Source: Octopus bimaculoides (Eukaryota). Taken from it: 64,000 nucleotides of DNA. The translations under genes and the position numbers were made by a program. The stretch covers positions 153,695,599 through 153,759,598 of the forward strand of contig NC_068983.1 of the NCBI RefSeq assembly GCF_001194135.2, given 5' to 3'. The notes under the pieces were generated by a model, which saw only the letters and a program-made list of their open reading frames with translations, made no database searches and was not told where the DNA came from. Below are positions 1-13,046 of the stretch, one piece after another (positions within the stretch are counted from its first letter, which is position 1; the number at the start of each line of letters is the position of its first letter).

Positions 1-1714
1 GCATGACAAATTTTAATCTCCCATATGATTATTTTATGTGTTTCTTATACTCACTGAATTTCTTGCCTACACAAGGATACTACAGCCTGCATATTTCCTT
101 AATATAAAAATATTATAGGCTATTTCAATTCAGCCAATTAGTTTTTGAATATGTATTTAATCTATATTTCAAAGATATTTACTGAATTTTTCACATGATC
201 TCCAAACCCATTCTACAAACTGAATTTCCTATCTCAATAACATTAAAATAAAATCAATGAAATATTTACTTTTTATTTTTTTTTCTATATACATAACACT
301 CTGCCTCACCTTACCTTAACTTACTACACAAAATCTTTTCAGGATTTCCCGTGCTACCATTCACTGAATTCAATTAAAGTCACCTATATCTCCCAGTTAT
401 TATAATTCATAGTGAAGTTAAATCCTAGCTATTTACTTTCCACCCTAGAATCATCCTTAACTGTTTACTCTATATAACATATCATTAATTGTATTTGCAT
501 ATCACTTTATTTATTCAAATATTTCTTATTCATATCTATCTCTTATATTTACCGACAACGTCGATATTGATACGATTTATTTGAATTACATTTATTTACC
601 ATGGAATATTATTTTATATTCTAAATGTTTTCTTTTCATGGCTAAGTTTGAAAGTTGCATTGCAGCTACATTCCCCTAATACATACAACACACATATACA
701 TACCAGTTGTTTATTCTTTCGTTACTCTCTTAAAGTGTATTTATTACCTAGTAACTTTCTAACATATGCACTGTGTGTCACCGGCATAATTTTCATTAGT
801 AGCTTGCTAGAGTGCAATGTTTTCTTGTATGTTCGCATTTTCGAAAGGAAATCCTGCTATAAATTATTTGACGTGCTACATTATATAATCACACGCACAC
901 GCATACACACTCGCACTCACACACAGAGGCACGCACACACATGCGCACACTCTCACATACATGTATATATAAATATGCTTAGTTTAGCTAGATGATATCA
1001 CATACGACTACCGGAGTATTTTTTTGAATTATGAAATCAGTAGTGTGTAGATGAAATTAGAATGAGCATCACGTCCAGCGATTAAACGTTTTCTTTCGAC
1101 ATTATATTCCCTACATCATCTCCTCTGCTCTAATAGTCATTGTGAATTTGAAACAATTTTTTGCATTGTATAACACATAACCATACAAAATTGGTGAATA
1201 TACTATAGAATACGAAGGTGTATAAAAGAAACTGTTCGGAAACGGCTAGAGGAAATGTATTATAGAATGTGATAGAATAGAATAGTTACAATGCTTTAAA
1301 ACATGCGTGCTGAAATCGTCTGGTTAGACTACACCATTCAAGGTGGTTCCCCAGCATGCTTGCAGTCCAACGACTAAATAGAATAGTAAAATGAATGATT
1401 TGTTTATATACGATATAAATATAAAAATATACTTACAAATATATATATATGTATATGTATGTATATATACACATATATATACAAGTATGCAAGTATGTAT
1501 ATATATGCATATATATATACGCATATGCATATATATTTATATATATATANNNNNNNNNNNNNNNNNNNNNNNNNNNNNNNNNNNNNNNNNNNNNNNNNNN
1601 NNNNNNNNNNNNNNNNNNNNNNNNNNNNNNNNNNNNNNNNNNNNNNNNNNNNNNNNNNNNNNNNNNNNNNNNNNNNNNNNNNNNNNNNNNNNNNNNNNNN
1701 NNNNNNNNNNNNNN

Positions 1715-1770
<56 letters not shown>

Positions 1771-4314
1771 AGAGAAAGAGAGAGGGAAAGAGAGAGAGAC
1801 AGACAGAAAGTCAAAGGCTTCTGACTACGATAATACATCCTCTTAGGAGCGATGCACAGTACCACAATTTCCGACTCGAGCCAGATATAACAAACTACTC
1901 CACGTCGTTGCTAACGTATCCACAATAGTGAACTCTGAACGGACAAGTTGGCATTGGCACTGAGTCGTTTATAGAGTAATAATGAAGTCAAGCCAAATAG
2001 TAATATTTCGAAATTATTTAATACGTACATTTCAGGTTTGCACAATATATAATAGGAAATGCATCCACTGCAGACGACCTTCGTCGGTTAAAACATTTAA
2101 AAATGTTTCAGCTGGGGAATGTCTTATATTTGCCTGTCTGTCTGTACGTATGTCTGTCTGTATGTCTGTCTGTCTGTCTGTCTGTCTGTATGTATGTATG
2201 TATGTATGTATGTATGCATGTATGCCTAACAGCATATCATTAGCATTTTTAAACGAACTACATCCTTATTTCTTTCTGCGCCCTTTCGAATAACTTATCA
2301 TTTTCGTTATTGCATTTTTGCTTCTTCATATATTCGAGTTTTAAAACCTGCTGTGTTTAGTAAAAGGGATTATGCAATTCAAATGAGATGTTCTACAATG
2401 AAAATCTTCTCTGGATAATGCACATGAAAGTCGTCTTACAAAACACAAGGTTCTGTATATTGAAAGTATTATTCTGCAAAAATTTCCGCTGAGAAGAGCT
2501 TGAAAATATATCCAATATTATAAAGTTGGTTGAGGAAAACTCTAATCATAAAATGCTTTTGAGTGTCCCAATAACATATAAATGAAACCAAAAAAAAAAG
2601 AAAGTGAAGGAACAAGAAGCAGTCTGAAAACTGCAGATCAAACCACACTCTTCTGTAAACAGAATGCATTGTGCCAACAATCATATTTGAACCCATCGAC
2701 TATTATCAGGTCGAAAAAGGATTATTAGCTCTTTTAGATTATGGAGCTCTCTATTTGGCTCAATGAAGCTTGTCCCATAAAACAGCAAACGGACAGCAGT
2801 TGACAGAAAAGTAAGTACATTATCTGGAAATTAATCAGCATCAGAAATGTTGTTGTGGGCCATAACAAAAAGCGGTTGAAAATGTTGCTCCATAACACTA
2901 AAGACTACATACATTACAATGACTATTGCAATGCATTGAAAAACTTTGATGTTATACGAAATAAAGCAATGACGTCTAAACGAAACTGCACGGTTTCATA
3001 ATAATTTTCTGTGAAATCAGATCAATGTTTTTGTATAGGATATGGCGCCATGTATGCACTGCAAAATTACTAAAAACAACAGTTGAAAAATGAACGAAGC
3101 ATGAGAATACACATTTCCACATTCTAAATAATACACATTTTAGATTTCAAAATGAAATACGTTAATACATTTGGAAAACAAACTTCATAATCGTATTGCC
3201 CGTAATTTATAGCCTGCGTTAAAACATGCTAGAGGTTTTTTTTTAAAATGTCATTGACAGAGACATCAACACACACAACACCACCTTGTAGAGAATTAAC
3301 CTTGATAATTCAACAAAATACACATGAGGGTCAAAAAGAAATTCGTTTCTTGCTCCCCAATATTACCATTTACTCCACACACCGACATACTATTGATATA
3401 CTGCAAACAAGCTGCTTCACTACAACGGCAACATATGTACCATCGTCAAATGTCAATCAAATTTCATATTAAATTTCAAATTTCATATTAAAATTCACAT
3501 AGCCTTTCATATTAAAATTCAAATAACGTTTACTTGGATGACATCTACTAAAGATACAATATAACTACAAAAAGCAGAATAACTTCTGCCGTACTTAGGC
3601 ATGGAATAGCCCACAACCCCCAAAACATGTGTACAGACATGCAAGAAATGTTTTGAAGACTACATAAAATAAAGTTCTCCACGAAAGCTTGAAAATTGTG
3701 TTAATATTACATTATCAAAATGTTACTCATATTAAAAAAACCTAAATAATGATGTATCCGCAGAATTCATATTCTTAAAACACAATATATATACCTTTTA
3801 TACTTAGAGACGAAGATCCGTAGCATCATCAAAACATACAAACAGGAAAAGCACAATGGAATGAAAATTTGAAGCAATAACGAGAGACCCAAGTCTGTGT
3901 TTTCTGCACATAACAAATATAACTTTATGAAAATAGCAAAAGTTGAGATCATATTTGCTGCATCAGTCTGTTGCTACAAATTCATCTATGAGCACGATTT
4001 CAAACTTATGTTATGTTCAGCTAAATTTGAATTATTTTCAGATGGAGATCAGTTATGAAAAACAGATCATTCACAAAATTTCGAAGCGTTTTTCAAAGAT
4101 GTCCATCAACGCAAACTAAAATTGTAATATAATGACAAAATGAATTTAGAAAAAGAAATATTCAAATAAATTGTTATATCTATAATTAAAGCAATTTTAT
4201 CTGCGTTAAATGTCAAAACAACATTGCTCTGAATGTTTGACGATAATCAAAAAGAAACGTAAATATATTAGTACAATGTCTCTCTCCCTCTCTCTCTCTC
4301 CCTCTCTCTCTCCC

Positions 4315-4416
<102 letters not shown>

Positions 4417-5384
4417 TATGTATATGTATATATATGTATATATAATACATACATACATAGATATCTATATATATCCGCCCATATACACAACTTTCCATGC
4501 ACGCACACGTCGACGCACGCACATACACAAATGCATGTGCTGTATTATCATATATATATACGCGTGTGTGTGTTTTTACGCATACACATATACTTGATTA
4601 CAGCCACAAAACGCATATATATATATGTGTGTGTGTGCATGTGTGTGTGTGCGCGTGCGTGTGTTTGTGTTTGTGTATGTGTATGTTTTATAGAAGTATG
4701 TGCGTTTGCATTTTGCTGGATTTTTATGTATAGATTTGAACGTGTCCATGTACCTGACTTGGTTGTGAGAACGTATACGAATGTAAATTTAATGAAAATA
4801 GTAGAACGTAAAAAATGGAGCGTGTTTAATGCAATGCTTATGTCACATTGCACACAAAGTTACTGAATTGGAAAGAAACTTTTTCATCTCTCTTATTTAA
4901 CAACAGAGTTTTATTCAAAATGTATCTTGTTAAAAACCAGCTAGCATAAACATAACATTGGAAAATGGATAACAACGTTACGGTCTAGAAACTCACCAAT
5001 TATGTTAACCTCTTAAATAATAATGACTTGAAATTTTAGCTTGCTACATCGATTATGTTGTGGTCTGTATGTACTATATCTAGAGTGCAGAACATGATTA
5101 TTTTCCAGTACATGTAGCAAATGTTTTGGGAGACTATTTAGGTCCTTAAAAGAAAAACAATGAAAAAATTAACTATTCAGTTTACGTGAAATATAAATTC
5201 ATATACAATTTTAAATATGTAAAACATCATCTGTTAAGGAATAAGCATGCTCTTGAATTATTTCATTCAGCACTATTTGGAAAAACAACATTTTTTCTTA
5301 ATTAGTTGCCAAGTCACGAGGCAGGATTCTTTCACATAAAATCAACCCTACGACCAGCAACTTTGTGCATATCTTCGATATTAC

Positions 5385-6156
5385 AAAGATTATGATTATT
5401 TTCATATAACACCCGCAAATTAGATTATTGGAAAATAAAATATCCTAACATCGGGTTACGACACGTAACCTTTGATGCCAACAACCCTCCTAAGTATCAT
5501 AGCTGTCCCTAATAGCAGTGTTTTCTGTGGCTGTATTAAACTAGGTTTAATGCCTATTTTCTCTATCCATCTGTTCACATCTTTAGGGATAGTTCCCAAT
5601 GCACCCATAACTGCTGGGATACATTTTACCCACATTTTCGATAGTCTCTGTAATTCAATGGCTTGGTCCTGATACTTTGTTATTTTTTCTCTATCTCTCA
5701 TATTGATTTTTCATCATTTGGGACTGTAAATCGACTATCTGTTACATTCTGTTTTCTTTATCTATTACTACTAAATCAGGCTTTCTAGCTTCTATTACTC
5801 TGTCAGTCTGAATGTTAAAGTCCCACAACATGTTGTATTTCTTACTTTCTAGTACTTTACTAGGTTCATGTTCATACCATTCATTAGCATGTTCAAAATC
5901 TTAGCTTTCTACATAACTCCCAGTGGATTACTTTCCTTAGGTTGTCAGGCGTTTTCTTATATTCTTTCTCTGCCAGCACGATACATCCTATTTGAGTAAC
6001 GCTTTCCTCTTTTGATTTGCATAACCTACATTGCAAACCTACTTGGTTTTTGTTTATCTTAGTTGTTATCCCAGTAGTCCTTAATGCTTGACCTTGTGTA
6101 GCTCCTACCAAATTTCTCTCTCCCTTTCCAGCTTTCCTTTCTGTAAACATAGCCAT
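5385..6156 (-). mobile_element. Decayed R4/Dong-like non-LTR retrotransposon, C-terminal zinc knuckle + restriction-like endonuclease (RLE) + 3' end
   Basis: Minus-strand translation gives CRLCKSKEESV...C..LAEKEY...IHWELC, then WYEHEPSKVLES..YNMLWDFNIQTDRVIEARKPDLVVIDK and EKITKYQD..IELQRL...CIPAVMGALGTI, i.e. the PD-(D/E)xK RLE layout of R4/Dong; stops and frameshifts present; ends in degenerate AATAATCATAAT. Confidence 0.85.
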
Positions 6157-9100
6157 GTCTCACCGCCACTATTCGCTGCAACTATGTTTAGGAATCTTTG
6201 TAACACATTTTTGAACCTAGGTACTTTCGAATTGCTTAGTGTCTATCTTGGATGTGTAATATACTTTTATCCTTTCAATGTATAAAAAATGTATAATGTA
6301 CTTTTTTTCTCCATTTCAAGCAATAGAAAGCATTTGACAACTATTAGTACGTAGTAGATGTCCCTCTGCAGTTGGTTTTTTCTCCGTTCATCGTAGATAG
6401 ATTTTCTTGATGAACATAGAACTTCAATGGTGAGTGAGTTTGACCGCCATCAGATGGGAATACCTTCCAAATTCGCGATATAGACGGAGCTGCGAGCCTC
6501 AGTCAATCAAACACAATGATTGTGCGTCAAGTTCCTGGAATACGGGTAAGTACTTACAGTTCACGTCCAGTTTGCCAATGAAGTCAATGATGGATAAAAA
6601 TTTGCATTCTGCTGAGAAATAGTGAGGTCAAAGAATATAAACTGAACAGGTAATTTTGAAAAAAAACGTTATGTCTGTGGGGCGGATATGTAATCTGCAA
6701 ATTACTTCCTGTTATTTCTTTGTTTGAAGAAGAATATTAAAGTGACAATCACGGAAAGTTTTCAGCTTGTATCGTACAAGATTCGTGGCGAGCAGAAAAT
6801 ATTCCACCACTCCTTTTTATCATAATTTAGTTAGATATTAATGTGGATTAACATATCCTTACTGAAAGAATTACAGAAATTAATCAAGATTAGTTATGAT
6901 TTTTGAGCGTGTATGTATGCGTTGCACTTTGTCTAGTAGATGTATTTCTGAATATAATTCACTTATCTCTATATAATATGTTAATAATTGTCCCTTTCCT
7001 TAAGATTGCTAGAGTTCATTCGTGTAATTCGAAAATTCATAGCAAATACTGCATTGCATTTCTACAATTTATGTGCATATTATTTTTATTATTAGTTGCT
7101 TTTCCTTACAGCTTAGAAATAAAGGTCATCGAGAGACAAAAAATATATAAATAAATAAACGAAACTAATGTTTGTCTTCTTGCAACATTTATTTCCGGAA
7201 GCAGCAGGTGTTAACGCGAAACTGATAAGAAGGGCAGAAAGGTGGTCCTTTTAAATATTTCTTATCCATTAGGGATGTTTTGTTATTATTCTGTTTTGTT
7301 TTTATATCTGCATATGTTACCATTTATAAAGGATATTTTGTATCTTTCTTATTTTGTTTTTTACAACTGATAACCTATTCATGAATAATATTTCTAAACT
7401 CTATGTAGGGAAAAATTTCCAAAAGGCATATCACAGGTATTTTTTCTGCATTTTCTAAAGTTGTCGCTTATGGCTTTGATACCAATTAATTAAAAGGATA
7501 TGAACATTTGCGACATTCCATTATTTCTTCTAAAAGTGATTTTGTTCAGGTCATATATTCTATACAATATTATTACATTATGATGTTTGCATACTGTAGA
7601 CATATACGACATAAGCAAATAGATTTAGGGATTTGCTCTTAGAGTTGAACCGTCACAGTGTTTTCTATTTCCGTGTTCTATGTGGATCTTTGAATGGTTC
7701 AACGCAAACATATACCCACAGTTGGTGTGTGCAACCTTCAGCAGTTGTTACCAATAATTTCGTCTGTGATAATCCTTCCGCTTTCGTTGCTTCTCTCCAA
7801 AGTTCACCCACTCTTTTGCTTTAGGCGATTCATTGATTTCTCTTTTGATTTTTCTTCGATTCTTGATACACTCAGTTTTGTTGTTTGAAAGAATCATTGT
7901 TGATTAAAATAATAATGGATTCCTTACGGTAGACGAGATAAACTGGCTTTAGACATTGTTTGAATTTGGGAACAGTATTTAAGTTAGCTTTTGTTATATT
8001 TCGTTTCTGTAGCTACTACACTTCATGTTTATTTTTATTTGTATGTTGACGTTTATGATTTTTTGGATGATTGAGTTACACTGTGTCGTTACTATCGCAG
8101 CCTGTATGTTTACTATACAGACGGTTTCATTGGGTTCTGCAATTTTGTATGTGCCTATTTTCCCTTATGAGTCTGTCGCGTATATACTTTGGCATCATTC
8201 TGCAGGTATTGATGTGAGCTTCTAATTTCACAAAGTGAATCATGAATTTGTTTGTATAATGATGTTGTTATTGAAAACGTCTATTTCGCAATGAAGCTAT
8301 CTTTAACGGTGTAAGCTGTTGAGCAATAGGATCGTTTTTATATATCTTTAACCTTTAACAATTTCCAAAATTCGCGCATTTTAAACTTTGTTCAGTTTCA
8401 CGTATTTTATTTTGCCTGAATATATTATCCAATATACACGCAGATCAGTGTTGCTCTTTCCAGGTGTTTAGCTTTTATTTTCTAATTAACAGTGTTATTT
8501 CTTAACACTACTTATCGGTGGTTAGTGACATCATGTTCGATGCACGATTGATATTAGTAATTAGCAATACAGTTTCAGGCAATGTATTATTGTCTTATTG
8601 ATCATCCTGGTGGTTTTTCATATGATTTAATATCATTTTTTTAATCAACGCAAGTGTATATTTTCGGAGAAATAGCAACAATTATAGGATCTGAATCTTC
8701 GCATTCCAAATACAGCTGATCAATTATAAAGTTACAGTAAGTCTGCACGTAAAATGTGAGTGGCAACTCATGTAAATAGTGGGTTACTAGGAGGCATGTG
8801 ATAATGTAATTTCAATTGTTTGTATTTTTGTCGGGATTGTAGATGTCAAATTATGTACGTTCATATGACATACATCATGTATAAAAAAAAAATCAATTTT
8901 ATAGTTTGTAAATTGCTTTTACAATTGTACTGTTACTGGCCAATTAATTCTGTGTTTAAGACGTTCGTTTCGCTACTTCATGTAGATAGAAATTCACGAA
9001 AATTGTGTCGTCAAATCGCATAAATCACATAATAGTGTACGCTATAAGACATGATCAGCTGACTGAATGCGTCACTCAGTGAAACACCACTATTTGATCG

Positions 9101-9244
9101 TTGAGAGCTTTTACCTGATGCTGTTTATGTGCAAGCATTGGAGTAATATCATTGGGATTAAGAGAACTGTTTCCCTTCTTTCCATGCGTAATGGTTGTCC
9201 TGAAGTGAAACTAATCGTTCAAAAGTAATGTATATGTGTGTGTG

Positions 9245-9294
<50 letters not shown>

Positions 9295-10026
9295 AGACAG
9301 ACAAACAGAAAGACAGGAAGTCAGAGATGTAAATTTTTCAATCTCGTTTTGTGGTATTGTTTATTCTTTAACGATGCTAAGAGTCAAGTGCTCAGTGTGT
9401 TATGATTATATATCTAAACACGGGTGTGGATGCGGATGTGCGTGTGTGTGTGCACGAATCTATGCTCTGTGTGTGTGTATGTGTGTGGGTGTTAGTTTTG
9501 ACTTTTTCCGTTTTATATGTCACTTCTCATCAAATTTAAATTCACATTTAAAGAAACACGTTGGCCGTGTTGTTTTATTTTGTTTCTCATGAATACTTGT
9601 GACGTAAAAGGGATGCTTAAATGAAATTATTTAGTTCAATACTGATTTGTGACAAAGATCTTTGCTGTTATATGCCCAGTGTAATTTGCTAATGTAATAA
9701 ATACAACGATCGTACTTTATATTTGCCATATAAAAAACGTTGAACAACTATAAATGTTAAACAGGAAATATGCGTGACAGTCACAGCCTTCCTTGTCATA
9801 TTTTGCTATGGTTTGTGATGTATTTATATTACTGTATATATTATGTATATATTATGCTTGTGTATTGTTGGAGTGTAATTTTATTTGGAAGTTCTTTTTT
9901 CCTGCATGAAAATTATTTTTCCCCTTTCTTCACGCTATATATCTAATTGCATTCTTATATGAGCCATACATTTTGACGAAAGTGATCTCCCGATTGACGT
10001 TTTACCAGTGAATTTTTCTCTTTCAG

Positions 10027-10077
10027 CTGTTGCACAGTATGTCGTTGGCCCTAAATTTTCAAACAGTTTAAACATTG
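10027..10077 (+). CDS. Candidate 51-bp internal exon (phase 1-1, xVAQYVVGPKFSNSLNI); unassigned
   Basis: Pyrimidine-rich acceptor TTTTTCTCTTTCAG, donor G|GTGAGT, one open frame, length divisible by 3; no recognisable homology. Confidence 0.25.
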
Positions 10078-10242
10078 GTGAGTGAAGATCAAGGAAAATG
10101 TGGATCATTTTCCTGACTGTTAGGTTTGCGTTGCTTAACTTAGCGTTTTCTACAGCGTGTGCAATTTCTTGTTGGTTAATAGATCTGGGTTTTCATCGCC
10201 AACTTGACTTAAAACTTTGTGGCAATCACTGTGGAGCATGGA

Positions 10243-10277
<35 letters not shown>

Positions 10278-11502
10278 GTCTCAGGAAGCATGTTGTATTT
10301 AATTCTTTGTTGTTTTGTTTCGTGTATATATTCATCGAGTAGATCCAACACAAATCACAGCTGATTATTACTAACGTTATGAAATACGTGTTTTCTCATG
10401 CTGTAATCATCATGAGAGACACCTAAAATTCCCCACCATCTACCAATATTATTCTCTGTCACGTGATTGTCCATAGAAGCAGGACAACAAAATTGTATAT
10501 TGATTCAGTATTACTGAATATTGTAGGAAGTGCATAATTTTTTCCGTGCAAGTTTATATTGCGTTCCAATACTATTATTATAACGGATGTACCTATTCAT
10601 GCTAAACACATTAACGGAAATACGGTGAAAAAGTTTCATTTTGTTTTACAGGTAGCACATCAGTTACACGAGAAAAGCAACCGGATTTTTGGCCGAAACA
10701 TATTAGGACAGACTGTTACGAGTCTTCTTCTTTTAGTGGCTGAACAAAATATTTGAATATTCTTTGATTAATAGCTTTTATATTAGCTTAGAATATATTT
10801 CTCTATAAATTGTGAGCAGCTGCAAGACCCATAAGAATATATCCTCTCCCGATCGGTATCAGCATACATCTGGATGCTGAAGTAAATATGATCATAAAGA
10901 TATCAATATATCAATATCGAATTATACTGAATATATACTCGTATTGTCCATAAAGTCTATAATAAATACGCAAAATTCGATATCTAAATCTCCTGTCGTT
11001 GTGTATACAAAGTGACGTGAGTAATTCTATTAAACACTGTGGGTATCAACATATTTATTCCAATCAGATATCTATCCTTAGATAATCTTTATAAGACATA
11101 TCGATTTCTAACTTTGAAATAAAGATGCCCATTGTTAGAGAAGTAGATTGGGAGTACACGAGAGTTCATTTCTTTTCTTTCTCAAAGGCAGTATCACTGA
11201 AACAATCTACCGTCGACTCTGAAACGGAAGCTTCTTCAACATTCAGAATACAAGGCAGCCTTTGACAATAGGATATAAAACAGGTATCTCTTTTAATAAC
11301 TTATGCTACATGTGTGTGTGTTTGTGAGTATGTGTATGGGTCGGCCTATGTGAATTTTGAATGTGTGTGTATGCGCGTGTTAGAAAATGGAAATAAATAA
11401 ACGTTAAGTCGTGTCAGTTGTAGAAATAGAACTTAGCATACGTAAAATGTCTGTATGAACATATGAACATTATGTTTACTGTTGCTGTTGGTTTGATGAT
11501 GA

Positions 11503-11540
11503 TGATGATGATGATGATGACGGCGATGATGATGATGATG

Positions 11541-11599
<59 letters not shown>
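11503..11599 (+). repeat. (ATG)n/(ATA)n compound trinucleotide microsatellite
   Basis: Directly visible. Confidence 0.95.
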
Positions 11600-11600
11600 T

Positions 11601-12170
11601 GTGAGGAAGCGAATGAAAGTTGAAGAAGCAAATGAAGTCAAAGTTAAATGGTCCGAATCTAGTGAAGGTTTTAAATACTTGGGTAGTATCATAACTTAGA
11701 TACTCAGCAACATTTGTAGATTGGGCAAAAAAATGAACTAGCAAAGTCAAACAGAAGTCGGAAGGAATTCCATATGAATGGAGGAATCCACCCATGGGCA
11801 GCAGTGGCAACATTACACTTACAAAGAAAGGAAGGTGGAAGAGTATTAATATTAGTAAAGACTGCATGAATGAAGCCAGAGTAGATATGGACTCCTATGT
11901 AGGTAACAGTGAACACATTTTATTAAGAGTTGCTTGAGCCACAGCGTGTCAGATGGAAACCAAAAATCCAAATGAAGTTAAAAAGCAAAAAAGTTATTTG
12001 ACTGACAAGAGAAGGCGTTGCATGGTAGATTCTCAAAGATAGGTTCAGCAAATAGTAGTAGTGAGACATGATGATAGTTATAGAAAGGAAAGCTGAAAAG
12101 GGAGACATAAAGTTTGCTAGTAGCAGCACAAGATCAAGAACTAAGACGTAATTGGATAAAAGGTAAGTCG
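11601..12170 (+). mobile_element. Highly decayed LINE RT C-terminal fragment (RTE/CR1-like)
   Basis: EGFKYLGSIIT matches the late RT motif (F.YLGS.I); the downstream sequence is weakly compatible with the post-RT region. Confidence 0.5.
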
Positions 12171-12291
12171 GCCCTTCATTAATTTTTCTTACTCTCAAGG
12201 TCACTGTTGCTGCTGTTCACTGCTAGTAGTAATAGACATTTGAACATTTTTTGACCGATAGGATCCCATCCCACTCCAAAAAAATTACACG

Positions 12292-12487
12292 AAGAAGAAG
12301 AAGAAGAAGAAGAAGAAGAAGAAGAAGAAGAAGAAGAAGAAAAAGAAGAAGAAGAAGAAGAAGAAGAAGAAGAAGAAGAAGANNNNNNNNNNAAGAAGAA
12401 GAAGAAGAAGAAGAAGAAAAAGAAGAAGAAGAAGAAGAAGAAGAAGAAGAAGAAGAAGAAGAAGAAGAAGAAGAAGAAGAAGAAGAA
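12292..12487 (+). repeat. (AAG)n microsatellite with a small gap
   Basis: Directly visible. Confidence 0.95.
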
Positions 12488-12489
12488 AC

Positions 12490-12900
12490 GTAAATTTACC
12501 ATTTTACAGTACCATTTCTTTATTTATCCCCACTTACCAGTTTATTCGGGCTGTGTCATGGAGGCAAACACTTTAGAACAGCTGCCTTGAGCACTCTCTG
12601 TTTCCTTTACATTTTTCTGAATACATCATGATACAGTCCCAACAATAATCGGCACTCTTTTCACCTTTTTTCCTTTTCCATAGTCAGGCGATCTCTTCTG
12701 AACTATTGGTGTGTCAATAAGGCATGCAACATAAATTGTAGAACACACGTCGTTATCTGTGCACCACAACCAAGTCCGGCTTGTTGCGCTGAAACACCAA
12801 GTTCAATTGGATTAGAAAATCGTACAGGATTTTGGAAGCCTCTGGTTCAGCCACTGTGTGGTTTGCGTTCTTACCACGTCTGGCCTCTCACTAATCCCAC
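12490..12900 (-). mobile_element. Decayed RLE-type (R4/Dong-like) LINE 3' fragment ending at the (TTC)n array
   Basis: Minus-strand remnants KILYDFLIQ, NKPDLVVV and RVPIIVGT match the RLE domain motifs seen in the 5.4-6.2 kb copy. Confidence 0.6.
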
Positions 12901-12919
12901 TTTCCACAAATAATAATGG

Positions 12920-13046
12920 TTCCAAGTTTTGCCACAAGGGCAGCCACTTGGGGGTGGGGATAAGTCGATTACGTTGACGCCAGTTTTTCACTGGTACCTA
13001 TTTTATCGATCTGGAAAGGATGAAAGGCAAAGTCGACCTCAGCGCA
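12920..13046 (-). mobile_element. tRNA-headed SINE, family A body with variant (C-type) tail, 5'-truncated
   Basis: GAAAGGATGAAAGGCAAAGTCGACCTC body motif shared with many copies in this window. Confidence 0.75.

Noticed and set aside
7740-7900. ~52-aa basic minus-strand ORF (…RRKIKREINESPKAKEW…)
   Set aside because: Short, preceded by an in-frame stop, and expected by chance.
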